The position numbers were made by a program, and so were the translations under genes. The notes beneath the pieces were generated by a model. That model made no database searches and was not told the origin of the DNA. It saw only the letters and a program-made list of their open reading frames with translations. Positions 55,935 through 64,000 of a stretch of DNA of 64,000 nt are shown here, piece after piece. The stretch is from an uncultured Actinomycetes bacterium (lineage in GTDB: Bacteria; Actinomycetota; Thermoleophilia; Gaiellales; Gaiellaceae). The stretch is taken from positions 74,358 to 138,357 of the forward strand of contig CAVSZQ010000005.1 of NCBI GenBank assembly GCA_963732465.1, in the 5' to 3' direction. Each line of letters opens with the position of its first letter. Within the stretch, counting starts at the first letter, position 1.

Positions 55935-56015
55935 GGGGTCAGGCTTTAGCCTGACCCCCGCTTTGAGGTTGTCGCTCACAAGACCCAAAGACGGGGTCAG
56001 GCTGAAGCCTGACCC
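55935..56015 (+). repeat. Family-A REP-like element, copy A3
   Basis: Hairpins 55935-55958 and 55993-56015 fill the smc-ftsY gap. Confidence 0.85.
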
Positions 56016-56027
56016 CAGGCCCCAGAC

Positions 56028-56978
56028 ATGAGCCGCACCTGGTCCGAGCTCCTCGGTGACGAGCCCACCGAGGCCGACGAGCCGGAGAGCACAGGCTTCT
56101 TCGGCCGCATGCGCGAGTCGCTCGCGAAGAGCCGGCGCGCGCTGACCGAGCAGCTCGCGACCGCGGCCTTCGACCCCGGCGACGACGAGGCGTGGGAGCG
56201 CCTCGAGGAAGCTCTCATCCGCAGCGACGTCGGAGTTCCGGCGACCGCGGAGCTCGTGCGCCGACTCGAGGCGAGAGGCGATCTCGTGAACCTCGGTGAC
56301 GCTCTCGCGGAGGAGGTCGAGACCCTGTTCGGCAGCGCGCCGACCCTCGAGCTCGAGGCGAAGCCGAGCGTCATCCTCGTCGTCGGCGTCAATGGGACGG
56401 GGAAGACGACGACCATCGGCAAGCTCGCGCAGAAGCTCCGCGAGCACGATCGTTCGGTGCTCGTCGGCGCGGCGGACACGTTCCGCGCGGCGGCGGAGGA
56501 GCAGCTCGAGATCTGGGCCCAGCGCGCGGGCGCCGACTTCGTCGGCTCGCCACGCGGCGCCGATCCGGCCGCGGTCGCCTTCGACGCCGTGGAGGCGGCG
56601 CGGGCACGCGGGCACGACATCGTCATCGTCGACACCGCGGGCCGCCTGCACACGCAGTCGAACCTCATGGCGGAGCTCGAGAAGCTCCGGCGCGTGATCG
56701 GTACTCGTATCGAGGGAGCGCCGCACGAGACGCTGCTCGTCATCGACGCGACGACCGGGCAGAACGGCCTCCAGCAGGCCCGCCTGTTCGGCGACGCGGT
56801 CGGCGTGACGGGCGTCGCGCTCACGAAGCTCGACGGAAGCGCGCGGGGCGGGGTGGCGATCGCGATCGCGGTCGAGCTCGGGCTGCCGGTGAAGCTCGTC
56901 GGCGTCGGGGAGGGCGTCGACGACCTGCGCCCGTTCGACGCGCGGGACTACGCTCGCGCGCTCGTCGCCGAGTCGTAG
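56028..56978 (+). CDS. ftsY: Signal recognition particle receptor FtsY
   Basis: GVNGTGKTTTIGKLA, DTAGRLH and TKLDGSARGG GTPase motifs. Confidence 0.94.
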   Translation: MSRTWSELLGDEPTEADEPESTGFFGRMRESLAKSRRALTEQLATAAFDPGDDEAWERLEEALIRSDVGVPATAELVRRLEARGDLVNLGDALAEEVETLFGSAPTLELEAKPSVILVVGVNGTGKTTTIGKLAQKLREHDRSVLVGAADTFRAAAEEQLEIWAQRAGADFVGSPRGADPAAVAFDAVEAARARGHDIVIVDTAGRLHTQSNLMAELEKLRRVIGTRIEGAPHETLLVIDATTGQNGLQQARLFGDAVGVTGVALTKLDGSARGGVAIAIAVELGLPVKLVGVGEGVDDLRPFDARDYARALVAES

Positions 56979-56998
56979 GGGCGAGGCTTGCCTCGCCC
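56979..56998 (+). terminator. Stem-loop directly after ftsY
   Basis: GGGCGAGGC-TT-GCCTCGCCC, 9-bp stem starting 1 nt after the stop. Confidence 0.5.
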
Positions 56999-57027
56999 TC
57001 ACCGCGTTCGAGCACAAAGTGACCATC

Positions 57028-57102
57028 GCGGCCGCGAAGCGGACGCCTTTAGGGGCTCTTGCGCGACCGGAAACCGCGCTAGCGGTTGCCGGTCTTTGCG
57101 CA
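57028..57102 (-). repeat. Family-B repeat, copy B11 (inverted orientation)
   Basis: GCGGCCGCGAAGCGGACGCCTTTAGGGG..GACCGGAAACCGCGCTAGCGGTTGCCGGTC..TTGCGCA. Confidence 0.8.
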
Positions 57103-57204
57103 GAGATCATGTGTGAAATTCCCCTTACCTCATTGCACGCGTCTGGATGCAGGCTTACGCTGTGTGCGGGAATCCCTGACGCGACCGGGGAAGGAGGAAC
57201 TGGG

Positions 57205-57549
57205 ATGGCAGTCGCGATGTTCATGCAGTGGCCGGGAATAACCCCCGACCAGTACGACTCCGTCATGGCGAGGCTCGATCTCGATTCGAACCCCGCTGCC
57301 GGCGGCGTTCTCCACCTCGCAGCCCTCACGGACGAGGGCCTCGAGGTGTGCGACGTGTGGCAGACGGAGCAAGCCTTCTACGGCTTCCTCCAGCAGCGTT
57401 TGCTACCGGTCGCGCAGGAGCTCGAGCTCGAGGGTCAACCCGAGATCAAGCTCATACCGCTTCACAACCTGTACGCCGCCGACGGCGACATGATCGACCG
57501 CATCGGGGTGATGTCTCTCCCGGCCGCGGTCGCCGCCTGGGCGTATTAG
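57205..57549 (+). CDS. Small cytoplasmic protein, possibly ABM/dimeric alpha-beta-barrel-like
   Basis: GAAGGAGGA SD 6 nt before ATG 57205; 114 aa. The family assignment is only a guess from size and pattern. Confidence 0.55.
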   Translation: MAVAMFMQWPGITPDQYDSVMARLDLDSNPAAGGVLHLAALTDEGLEVCDVWQTEQAFYGFLQQRLLPVAQELELEGQPEIKLIPLHNLYAADGDMIDRIGVMSLPAAVAAWAY

Positions 57550-57561
57550 GTCTTGCCGTCA

Positions 57562-57591
57562 GACCGGGATCCGCGAGCGCGGATCCCGGTC
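57562..57591 (+). repeat. Family-B H1-type hairpin, copy B12
   Basis: GACCGGGATCCGC-GAGC-GCGGATCCCGGTC, perfect 13-bp stem. Confidence 0.7.
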
Positions 57592-57619
57592 CCCCGGCGT
57601 GCGAAGTTAGGATCCGCGC

Positions 57620-57808
57620 ATGGACGAGGAGCGCGAGCTCACGCTTGCCTTCGGCCCCGTCGGGCTCGCGGGCTGGGGCCTGCTCCTGCTCGGGATCCTG
57701 AAGCGGAGCAGGCTCGTCTCCTTCCTCGGGCTCGCCGCTGTCGTCGCCGACGTGACCGTCGCCGAGCTCGGCGGTTTCAAGGCGATGAACGAGCCTCGCT
57801 CGGGTTAG
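57620..57808 (+). CDS. Small (62 aa) predicted two-helix membrane protein
   Basis: Hydrophobic stretches GPVGLAGWGLLLLGIL and LVSFLGLAAVVADVTVA. No family recognised. Confidence 0.45.
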   Translation: MDEERELTLAFGPVGLAGWGLLLLGILKRSRLVSFLGLAAVVADVTVAELGGFKAMNEPRSG

Positions 57809-57972
57809 GAGGGCTTGGCGAAACAGGCGCCATGCCGCCGGGCTGCGCCGGATCGCCGCGATGCGGCGTCCTCAGTCGCACCGATACCTCAGGTATCGGC
57901 GCTCCCTGCGTCCTTGCCTCGCGACGACCGGCGGAAGCCCGGCGACGGGGCCCGTTCCGCCAAGCCCTCCTA
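57806..57972. repeat. 167-bp structured element with perfect 15-bp terminal inverted repeats (TAGGAGGGCTTGGCG / CGCCAAGCCCTCCTA)
   Basis: Read directly. Internal hairpins lie at 57855-57869 and 57881-57899, and 57836-57844 pairs with 57936-57944. It exactly fills the convergent gap between two stop codons. Confidence 0.75.
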
Positions 57973-57975
57973 GGA

Positions 57976-58212
57976 CTAGGCGCCGCTATCTCTGACCCTG
58001 AACGCCTTGATCCACTGGTTGTGCGGGTGCAGCTGCACTGCGACCTCGACGTCGAACCATTCCTGGTCGTACTGATCGAGCGCGTCCTGAAGCGTGAGGC
58101 CCCTCCGCTGCCGTAGCTTGTCTTTGCCCTTGGCCTCGGCGTAGTTCTCGAACGCCTCATGCAGGGTCTTGCCCGTGCCCTGCTTTCTCGGCTGTCTTCG
58201 TGTGCCAGGCAT
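57976..58212 (-). CDS. Small hypothetical protein (78 aa), paralogue of 58294..58518
   Basis: GGAGGAGG SD. Shared C-terminal block FDVEVAVQLHPHNQWIKAFRV versus FDLKVEVDLLEHNQWIKTMRV. Confidence 0.7.
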   Translation of the reverse strand: MPGTRRQPRKQGTGKTLHEAFENYAEAKGKDKLRQRRGLTLQDALDQYDQEWFDVEVAVQLHPHNQWIKAFRVRDSGA

Positions 58213-58293
58213 CGTCGTCCTCCTCCCCGCCTCGGAATCGAGGCTGCTCCCGTGTCGTCGAAGCGAATGCTCGCGCTGACGAAGAGGCTCGAG

Positions 58294-58518
58294 CTACCCG
58301 TCGTTCGGGGTGATGATCACCCGCATCGTCTTGATCCACTGGTTGTGCTCGAGCAGATCGACCTCGACCTTGAGATCGAAGCTCCGCCCCCCGTAGCCCG
58401 CGTCTCCGGCCGCATGCGCTGCGCGCTCGATCGCCTGCGTGAGATCGGGCCGCTCGTCCGACTCCTCCGTCGGCGGAGACTCCCCGACGAACGCGTCGCT
58501 ATGGCCGTTTCCATTCAT
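58294..58518 (-). CDS. Small hypothetical protein (74 aa), paralogue of 57976..58212
   Basis: GAGGAGGA SD. Lies 32 nt downstream of the cyclase-STAND gene. Confidence 0.7.
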   Translation of the reverse strand: MNGNGHSDAFVGESPPTEESDERPDLTQAIERAAHAAGDAGYGGRSFDLKVEVDLLEHNQWIKTMRVIITPNDG

Positions 58519-58550
58519 CCCCGTCCTCCTCAGGCCGCGTCGGCGTCACC

Positions 58551-61253
58551 CTACTCCTCGATTGCCGATGAGACAACCACGCGCCCGGTTTCCGGATCCA
58601 GCCGCCGTCCTTCGGCGACGAGCTCGGCGAGCCGGCCCGAGCCGAGCGCGGTCTCGATCTCGGGACGCGTCCGCTCGAGCACCGGAGCTTCGAGCTCGTC
58701 CGGAGGATCGTCGCCACGCAAGCCCTCCGCCACACCGAGCAGCCGTGCCGCTTCCTCGAAGGAGCCGTTGAGGACCGCAGCCCCGGCGAGCAGAACGACG
58801 CAGCGCGCGCGGGAGCGGTCGTCCTCCAGCTCCGAGTAGATCGCGAGGCTTTCGCGTGCGCGGACGCCCGCGTTCGGATCCTCAGCGAGGAAGTCCAGCT
58901 CGGCGAGCATGAACTGTGCTGCAGCGACGTACGGCGTCTCGTCGAGCGCCCGCGCGGTGCGGAGCGACTCGTCGAAGACCTGGCGAGCTCGCTCGTGGTC
59001 GCCGCCCTGGAACGCGACCAGTCCCAAGTTGTAGATCGCGTCCGAGATGAGCACTGGGTCGCCGAGGCCACGCCGCAGCTCGACTCCCTCCTCGTACAGG
59101 GCGATGGCGGATGCGTGGTCGCCCTGAGCGGAGCGCACGTCGCCGAGCGCCATGATCGCCGCCGACTCCGCGCGCGCATCGGTGAGCTCGCGGGCGATCG
59201 AGACCGCCTCCTCGGCGTAGCTCGCCGCCGCGTCGAGGTCGTTTCGGCGATGCGAGACGAACGCAAGGTAGGAGAGGGCGAGCGACTCCTCGCGTCGGTT
59301 CCCGAGATCGCGATAGAGAGCGCGCGTCTCCTCGAGCAGCGACACCGCTGCTTCCCAGTCGCTCTGCATCGACGCCTGCTGCGCCGCAGTCCAGAGCGCG
59401 GCCGCCCGCGGCCCGTCACCGACGTCCGTGCCCAGCTCGAGCGCGACCGAGAGCCACCGGCGCGCCTCGCTGACGTGCGCGTGAGCCTGCCAGAAGCGCG
59501 CGAGGGCAACGGTCATGCGAAGCGCGTCCTCGGCGCGGCCCGAGGTCATGAACCAGTCGAGCGCGGCGCGAAGGTTGTCGAGCTCGACCTCGAGCCGCTC
59601 GAGCCACTCCGCGTGCTCGGGCCCTGCGAGCTCCGACTCGGCCGTCTCGGCCATCGCGAGGAACCGCTCGGCGTGGCGACGACGGAGCTCGTCGAGCTTC
59701 CCCTCGGCTTCGAGACGTGCGATTGCATGCTCTCGAACCGTCTCGAGCATCGACAGCCGGACCTCCCCGTCCGCGACGTCGCTCCGCAGCAGGCTCCACG
59801 CGACGAGCGCCTCGAGGTCGGCGAGGAACTGCGGGCCCGGGTCGACGAGCGCCCGCGCGTCGGAGAGCGAGCAGCCGCCCGCGAAGACGGCCAGCGACTC
59901 GTGCAGCGTCCGCTGCCGCTCGTTCAGGAGCCGGTAGCTCCATTCGATCGTCGCGCGGAGGGTCCGCTGGCGCTCGGGGAGGTCGACCGGGCCCTCCATA
60001 TCGAGCGCGAGCCCCTCGCCGAGAGCTTCGAGCACCTGCGCGGGCGGAAGGACGACGAGGCGCGCCGCGACGAGCTCGATCGCGAGCGGCAGCCCGTCGA
60101 GCTTGCGGCAGATCTCCCGCACCGATTCGATCGTGTCCTCGCGCAGCACCACGCCGCGCGCAGCTGCAAGCTCCGCGAAGAGGGTCGATGCGTCCTCGAC
60201 GGGCAGGGGAGCGAGCGGGACGACACGCTCGGCGGCGAGGCGGAGTGGGACGCGGCTCGTGACGAGGAGCTTCACGTCCGGGACGGCGTCGAGGAGCAGG
60301 CGGACCTGCTCCGCAGCTCCCGGAAGGTGCTCGAGGTTGTCGAGAAGGACCAGCGACCCGGTCTCTCGCAGCGACTCGCCGATGCTCTCGACCAACGTGC
60401 GACCGGGCGCCTCGCGGATGCCTATAGCGCGTGCGATCGCGGCAGGCACGAGCTCGGAGTCGGAGATCGGGGCGAGGCCGACGAGGTGGACTGGGCGATG
60501 CACCGCCGCCGTACCGGCGACCTCGAGCGCGAGCCGGCTCTTCCCGGCGCCGCCAGGCCCGGTAAGCGTCACGAGCCGGACATCCGGGCGCGTGAGGAGC
60601 TCCTGCACCGCCGTTAGGTCCGCGCTTCGTCCCACGAGCCGGTGGTGGAGCGCCGGCAGCGTCGCGCCGGCAAGCGTCCTGAGCGGCGGGAACTCCGCGA
60701 CCAGGTTTTCTCCGACGAGCTGGAAGAGCTGGAGCGGCTCGGCGACGTCCTTCAGCCGGTGACGCCCGAGAGGCCGGAACGAGAGGCCGACCGCAGGCTC
60801 GTCGCCGGCGAGGTCGCGCGTTGCCTGGGACACCACGACCTGGTCGCCGTGACCCGCCGAGCAGATTCGCGCCGCGACGTGGACGTCGATGCCAACGTAG
60901 CCGCCGTCGATGCGCTCCGGCTCGCCCGTGTGCACCCCGATGCGCACGCGCAGAACCCCGTCCTCGGGCCAGGCCTCGGCGCCGAGCGCCCTCTGGATGT
61001 CGGCTGCCGCCGTGAGCGCCTCCCGCGCGCTCGAGAACGCGAGGAACGGCCCGTCGCCCGCCCAGTCGATCTCGTGCCCGTGCCATTTCGGCGCGACGTC
61101 GCGTACGAGCTCCTGCATGCGTCGCCGCACACCCGCGTACCGCTCTCCGAGCGCATGGACGAGCCGAGTCGACCCCTCCACGTCTGCGAAGAGAAGAGTG
61201 ACCGTGCCCGTGGGCAGGGCCTGAGAAGACGCGCCCCCGCTCGCCATGTCCAT
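58551..61253 (-). CDS. Class III adenylate/guanylate cyclase fused to STAND (NB-ARC-like) ATPase and TPR repeats
   Basis: [16 protein letters not shown] and RIGVHTGE cyclase motifs, [13 protein letters not shown] Walker [11 protein letters not shown] Walker B, and a C-terminal half made of TPR-like repeats. Confidence 0.88.
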   Translation of the reverse strand: MDMASGGASSQALPTGTVTLLFADVEGSTRLVHALGERYAGVRRRMQELVRDVAPKWHGHEIDWAGDGPFLAFSSAREALTAAADIQRALGAEAWPEDGVLRVRIGVHTGEPERIDGGYVGIDVHVAARICSAGHGDQVVVSQATRDLAGDEPAVGLSFRPLGRHRLKDVAEPLQLFQLVGENLVAEFPPLRTLAGATLPALHHRLVGRSADLTAVQELLTRPDVRLVTLTGPGGAGKSRLALEVAGTAAVHRPVHLVGLAPISDSELVPAAIARAIGIREAPGRTLVESIGESLRETGSLVLLDNLEHLPGAAEQVRLLLDAVPDVKLLVTSRVPLRLAAERVVPLAPLPVEDASTLFAELAAARGVVLREDTIESVREICRKLDGLPLAIELVAARLVVLPPAQVLEALGEGLALDMEGPVDLPERQRTLRATIEWSYRLLNERQRTLHESLAVFAGGCSLSDARALVDPGPQFLADLEALVAWSLLRSDVADGEVRLSMLETVREHAIARLEAEGKLDELRRRHAERFLAMAETAESELAGPEHAEWLERLEVELDNLRAALDWFMTSGRAEDALRMTVALARFWQAHAHVSEARRWLSVALELGTDVGDGPRAAALWTAAQQASMQSDWEAAVSLLEETRALYRDLGNRREESLALSYLAFVSHRRNDLDAAASYAEEAVSIARELTDARAESAAIMALGDVRSAQGDHASAIALYEEGVELRRGLGDPVLISDAIYNLGLVAFQGGDHERARQVFDESLRTARALDETPYVAAAQFMLAELDFLAEDPNAGVRARESLAIYSELEDDRSRARCVVLLAGAAVLNGSFEEAARLLGVAEGLRGDDPPDELEAPVLERTRPEIETALGSGRLAELVAEGRRLDPETGRVVVSSAIEE

Positions 61254-61314
61254 AGCGAGTCTAGGAGCGTTCGCGCGAGGGAGCTACCCCACACCCCGTC
61301 TCTACACTGCTCCG

Positions 61315-62637
61315 GTGTTCGACACGCTCTCAGACCGGATCCAGGGCGCCCTCGGCGACCTACGCGGCCGGGGCCGGCTCGACGAGGAGTCGGTCTCGAA
61401 GGCGATGCGCGAGATCCGCCTGGCGCTCCTCGAAGCCGACGTCGACTTCGAGGTCGCAAAGAGCTTCACGGCGTCGGTGAAGGAGCGCGCGCTCGGGCAG
61501 GACGTGACGAAGAGCCTCTCGCCCGGCCAGGAGGTCGTGCGCATCGTCCACGAGGAGCTGACCGCGCTCATGGGCTCGGGCAGCTCGCAGCTCGCGTTCG
61601 GGCGGCCGCCGACGGTGATCCTGCTCGCGGGTCTCCAGGGCTCGGGCAAGACCACCGCCGCGGCCAAGCTCGCGCTGCTCCTCCGCCGCGACGGCAAGCG
61701 GCCCGCGCTCGTCGCGTGCGACCTCCAGCGTCCCGCCGCCGTCGAGCAGCTTCGCCAGCTCGGCAAGCAGATCCAGGTTCCGGTCTACACGCTCGACTCG
61801 CAGGACGCGGTCAAGGCCGCGAAGCTCGGGCTCGAGGCGGCGCGCAAGGACGGGCTCGACGTCGTCATCCTCGACACGGCCGGCCGCCTGCATATCGACG
61901 AGGAGCTCATGGACGAGCTCCAGCACGTGCGCGACGAGACGAAGCCGACGAACGTGCTCCTCGTCCTCGACGCGATGACCGGCCAGGAGGCCGTGAACGT
62001 CGCTCGCGCGTTCCAGGAGCGGATCGCGTTCGACGGGATCGTGCTCACCAAGCTCGACGGCGACGCTCGCGGAGGCGCGGCGCTCTCCGTCAAGGCGGTC
62101 ACCGGTCGCCCGGTGAAGTTCGCGTCGGTGGGGGAGAAGCTCGACCAGCTAGAGCACTTCCACCCCGACCGCATGGCGTCGCGGATCCTCGGCATGGGCG
62201 ACGTCCTGACGCTGATCGAGAAGGCGGAGGCCGCGGTCGAGCAGGATCAGCAAGAGGAGCTCGAGCGCCGCATGCGCTCGGGCGAGTTCACGTTCGACGA
62301 CTTCCTGACGAGCTACCGGATGCTGCGCAAGATGGGGCCGCTCCAGGGCGTGCTCAAGCTCGTCCCCGGGCTCGGCAAGCAGCTCCAGGGCCTCGACGTC
62401 GACGAGAGCCAGCTCGGGCGGGTCGAGGCGATCGTCCTCTCGATGACGCCGCAGGAGCGCGCGATGCCGCACCTCATCAACACGCAGCGGCGCCGGCGGA
62501 TCGCTGCCGGCAGCGGCACGACGCTCGACGAAGTGAACAAGCTCATGTCCGCCCGCAAGCAGATGGCGAAGATGATGAAGCAGATGGGTAAGGGGAAGAT
62601 GCCTTCGCTTCCCGGGCTTACGCCCGGCAAGCGATAG
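61315..62637 (+). CDS. ffh: Signal recognition particle protein Ffh
   Basis: VFDTLSDRIQ N-terminus (GTG 61315), GLQGSGKTT, DTAGRLH, TKLDGDARGG and a Met-rich M domain. Confidence 0.95.
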   Translation: MFDTLSDRIQGALGDLRGRGRLDEESVSKAMREIRLALLEADVDFEVAKSFTASVKERALGQDVTKSLSPGQEVVRIVHEELTALMGSGSSQLAFGRPPTVILLAGLQGSGKTTAAAKLALLLRRDGKRPALVACDLQRPAAVEQLRQLGKQIQVPVYTLDSQDAVKAAKLGLEAARKDGLDVVILDTAGRLHIDEELMDELQHVRDETKPTNVLLVLDAMTGQEAVNVARAFQERIAFDGIVLTKLDGDARGGAALSVKAVTGRPVKFASVGEKLDQLEHFHPDRMASRILGMGDVLTLIEKAEAAVEQDQQEELERRMRSGEFTFDDFLTSYRMLRKMGPLQGVLKLVPGLGKQLQGLDVDESQLGRVEAIVLSMTPQERAMPHLINTQRRRRIAAGSGTTLDEVNKLMSARKQMAKMMKQMGKGKMPSLPGLTPGKR

Positions 62638-62641
62638 CTAA

Positions 62642-62669
62642 CCTTTCTCGCTCGAACGAGCGAGAAAGG
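62642..62669 (+). terminator. Stem-loop between ffh and rpsP
   Basis: CCTTTCTCGCTCG-AA-CGAGCGAGAAAGG (13-bp arms), followed by the AAGGAG SD of rpsP. Confidence 0.5.
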
Positions 62670-62680
62670 CAAGGAGACAG

Positions 62681-62941
62681 ATGGCTGTACGGATCAGGTT
62701 GACGCGCGTCGGTTCGAAGAAGAACCCGATCTACCGCGTCGTCGTGGCCGACTCGCGCTCGCCGCGGGACGGTCGTTTCATCGAGATCATCGGGCGCTAC
62801 AACCCGCAGACGGACCCGTCGACGATCGAGCTCGACGAGGCGAAGGTCAAGGAATGGCTCGCCAAGGGTGCGCAGCCGAGCCAGCCCGTCGTGAAGCTCA
62901 TCAAGGTCGCCATTCCCGACCTTGCGGCCGGGAATGGTTAG
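62681..62941 (+). CDS. rpsP: 30S ribosomal protein S16
   Basis: [35 protein letters not shown]. Confidence 0.95.
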   Translation: MAVRIRLTRVGSKKNPIYRVVVADSRSPRDGRFIEIIGRYNPQTDPSTIELDEAKVKEWLAKGAQPSQPVVKLIKVAIPDLAAGNG

Positions 62942-62967
62942 AAGCGTTTCTAACCGGCGTCCACGAA

Positions 62968-63210
62968 GTGGACGAAGGCGTGGCTGAGCTGCTCGAGTGG
63001 GTGACGCGGCGGCTCGTCGACGAGCCGGACGCCGTTCGTGTGGAGACGGAGGAGCGCGAGGACGCGATCGTGTTCCGGCTCCACGTCGCCCCCGACGACG
63101 TCGGCAAGGTCATCGGGCGCCAGGGTCGGATGGCCCGCGCCCTCCGCAGCATCGTCCGCGCGGGCGGTGCTCGCGCCGACGAGCGCTACATCCTCGAGAT
63201 TGCGGGCTAG
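62968..63210 (+). CDS. KH-domain RNA-binding protein (YlqC-like)
   Basis: GKVIGRQGRMARALR KH GXXG motif and conserved position between rpsP and rimM. GTG 62968 or 62980. Confidence 0.85.
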   Translation: MDEGVAELLEWVTRRLVDEPDAVRVETEEREDAIVFRLHVAPDDVGKVIGRQGRMARALRSIVRAGGARADERYILEIAG

Positions 63211-63245
63211 GCGACAGCAGAGCTCGTCGTCTCTTCTCGTCGGTC

Positions 63246-63690
63246 GTGGTAGGACGCCCGCACGGCGTCGACGGCGCGTTCGTCGTCGAGGATGCCAGCG
63301 ACGATCCGCGCCGGTTCGAGGTCGGTGCCCGGCTCTTCGTCGACGGGGAGCGGGCGAAGATCACGCTCGTCCGACGTGTCGAGCGGCGGCCGCCCGGCCA
63401 TCAAGCTCGATCGCCCGGCGAGGCGGGGCGCCGACCTGAGTGTCGGACGCGCGGAGCTACCGCCGCCGGACGAGGGCTCGTACTACGTCAGTGACCTCAT
63501 CGGGCTCGAGGCCTTCGGCGAGGACGGCGCGCGGCTCGGATCCGTCGTGGGCGTGATCGCCGGCGTCGCGAACGACGTCCTCGAGCTCGACAGCGGCTTG
63601 CTCCTGCCCCTCGTCGAGGACTGCGTTCGCGAGGTTCAGCTCGCGCAGCGGCGAATTGTGATCGCACCCGGATTCACGAACCACGGGTAA
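63246..63690 (+). pseudogene. rimM: 16S rRNA processing protein RimM, reading frame broken once near 63384-63391
   Basis: The N-terminal barrel VVGRPHGVDGAFVVE..ITLVRRVER is in frame 0. The continuation GGRPAIKLD..EGSYYVSDLIGLEAFGEDG..VANDVLEL.. (PRC barrel) is in frame +1. The switch falls inside GCGGCGGCCGCCCGGCC. Confidence 0.85.
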
Positions 63691-63702
63691 CCTCGACTGC
63701 CG

Positions 63703-64000
63703 ATGCGCCTCGACGTCTTCACGCTCGTTCCTGCCGCTTTCGACTGGATTCGCGAGCGCCGGCCGATCGCGGCCGTGCTCGGCTCCGAGCTCGATCTCCG
63801 GGTCTTCAACTACCGCGACTCGACACCGCTCGGCGCGGGTCAGGTGGACGACGAGCCGTACGGCGGCGGGCCCGGCATGGTGCTTCGCGTCGACGTCGTG
63901 GCCGCGGCGCTGGACGCGGTATACGGCGGTGTCCCCGAGCATCGAGTCGTGGCACTCTCACCGGGCGGCCGCCAGCTCGACCAGGAGCTCGTGGAGGAGC
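63703..64000 (+). CDS. trmD: tRNA (guanine37-N1)-methyltransferase, 5-prime partial (runs off the window)
   Basis: MRLDVFTLVPAAF..DDEPYGGGPGMVL, read from the sequence. Not in the ORF track because no stop falls inside the window. Confidence 0.9.
   Translation, partial: MRLDVFTLVPAAFDWIRERRPIAAVLGSELDLRVFNYRDSTPLGAGQVDDEPYGGGPGMVLRVDVVAAALDAVYGGVPEHRVVALSPGGRQLDQELVEE

Noticed and set aside
1372-57591. CRISPR array interpretation of the recurring hairpin repeats
   Set aside because: Copies are dispersed in separate intergenic gaps in both orientations. There are no regular repeat-spacer units and no cas genes.
57806-57972. SRP (4.5S) RNA or 6S RNA identity for the inverted-repeat element near ftsY/ffh
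   Set aside because: The conserved SRP domain-IV motif (..CCGGAAGG.AGCA..) is absent, and the internal fold has side hairpins rather than a 6S-like rod with a central bubble. It is kept only as an unassigned structured element.
33-61086. Many long ORFs in the six-frame track that lie antisense or out of frame to recognisable genes (for example 33..1109, 4336..5997, 9373..10902, 21201..22124, 38570..40804, 54182..55810, 59416..61086)
   Set aside because: Their translations are Arg/Ala/Pro/Gly-rich low-complexity strings typical of non-coding frames in ~70% GC DNA. Each overlaps a gene with clear family motifs in another frame.
1-64000. tRNA, rRNA, tmRNA, RNase P, transposase or integrase genes
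   Set aside because: No T-arm or anticodon-arm-like sequences, no rRNA-like conserved blocks and no DDE or tyrosine/serine recombinase motifs were noticed on either strand. tRNAscan, Infernal and ISfinder-type searches would confirm this.

Overview
High-GC (about 70% by eye) bacterial chromosome segment with Actinomycetota-type gene content and synteny; the exact taxon cannot be determined from this window. About 55 housekeeping genes are recognisable: aroF-type DAHP synthase-aroA-cmk-plsC-der-gpsA-metK; a DtxR-family regulator with an Fe(III)-type ABC importer; priA; def-fmt-rsmB; tlyA; ribD-ribE-ribBA-ribH; rpmB-asp23-yloV-REC-degV; recG-rsmD-coaD; yceD, prs, rpmF-plsX-acpP-rnc-smc-ftsY; ffh-rpsP-KH-rimM-trmD. 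The main accessory feature is a lower-GC insertion of about 7 kb (30967-38050) between degV and recG. It encodes a gamma-class N6-adenine DNA methyltransferase, an RHH/wHTH protein, a duplicated-domain protein, a GHKL (MORC/Hsp90-like) ATPase and an alpha-CTD/sigma-r4/HEAR-repeat protein. Every gene in it is broken by frameshifts. It is either the fossil of an R-M-like defence island or a badly assembled stretch. I saw no nuclease, integrase or transposase. Intergenic DNA is populated by at least two hairpin-repeat families: family A has 3 copies and family B at least 13, including one tandem pair. Other non-coding structures are a 167-bp element with 15-bp terminal inverted repeats, paired operator-like palindromes in the metal-uptake operon, and two AT-rich 17-bp palindromes. 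Three core genes (fmt, recG, rimM) each carry a single apparent frameshift and rnc has no canonical start codon. Sequence quality must therefore be checked before any pseudogene call. No rRNA, tRNA or CRISPR was recognised. Most long ORFs in the six-frame track that lie antisense or out of frame to the genes listed are high-GC artefacts.
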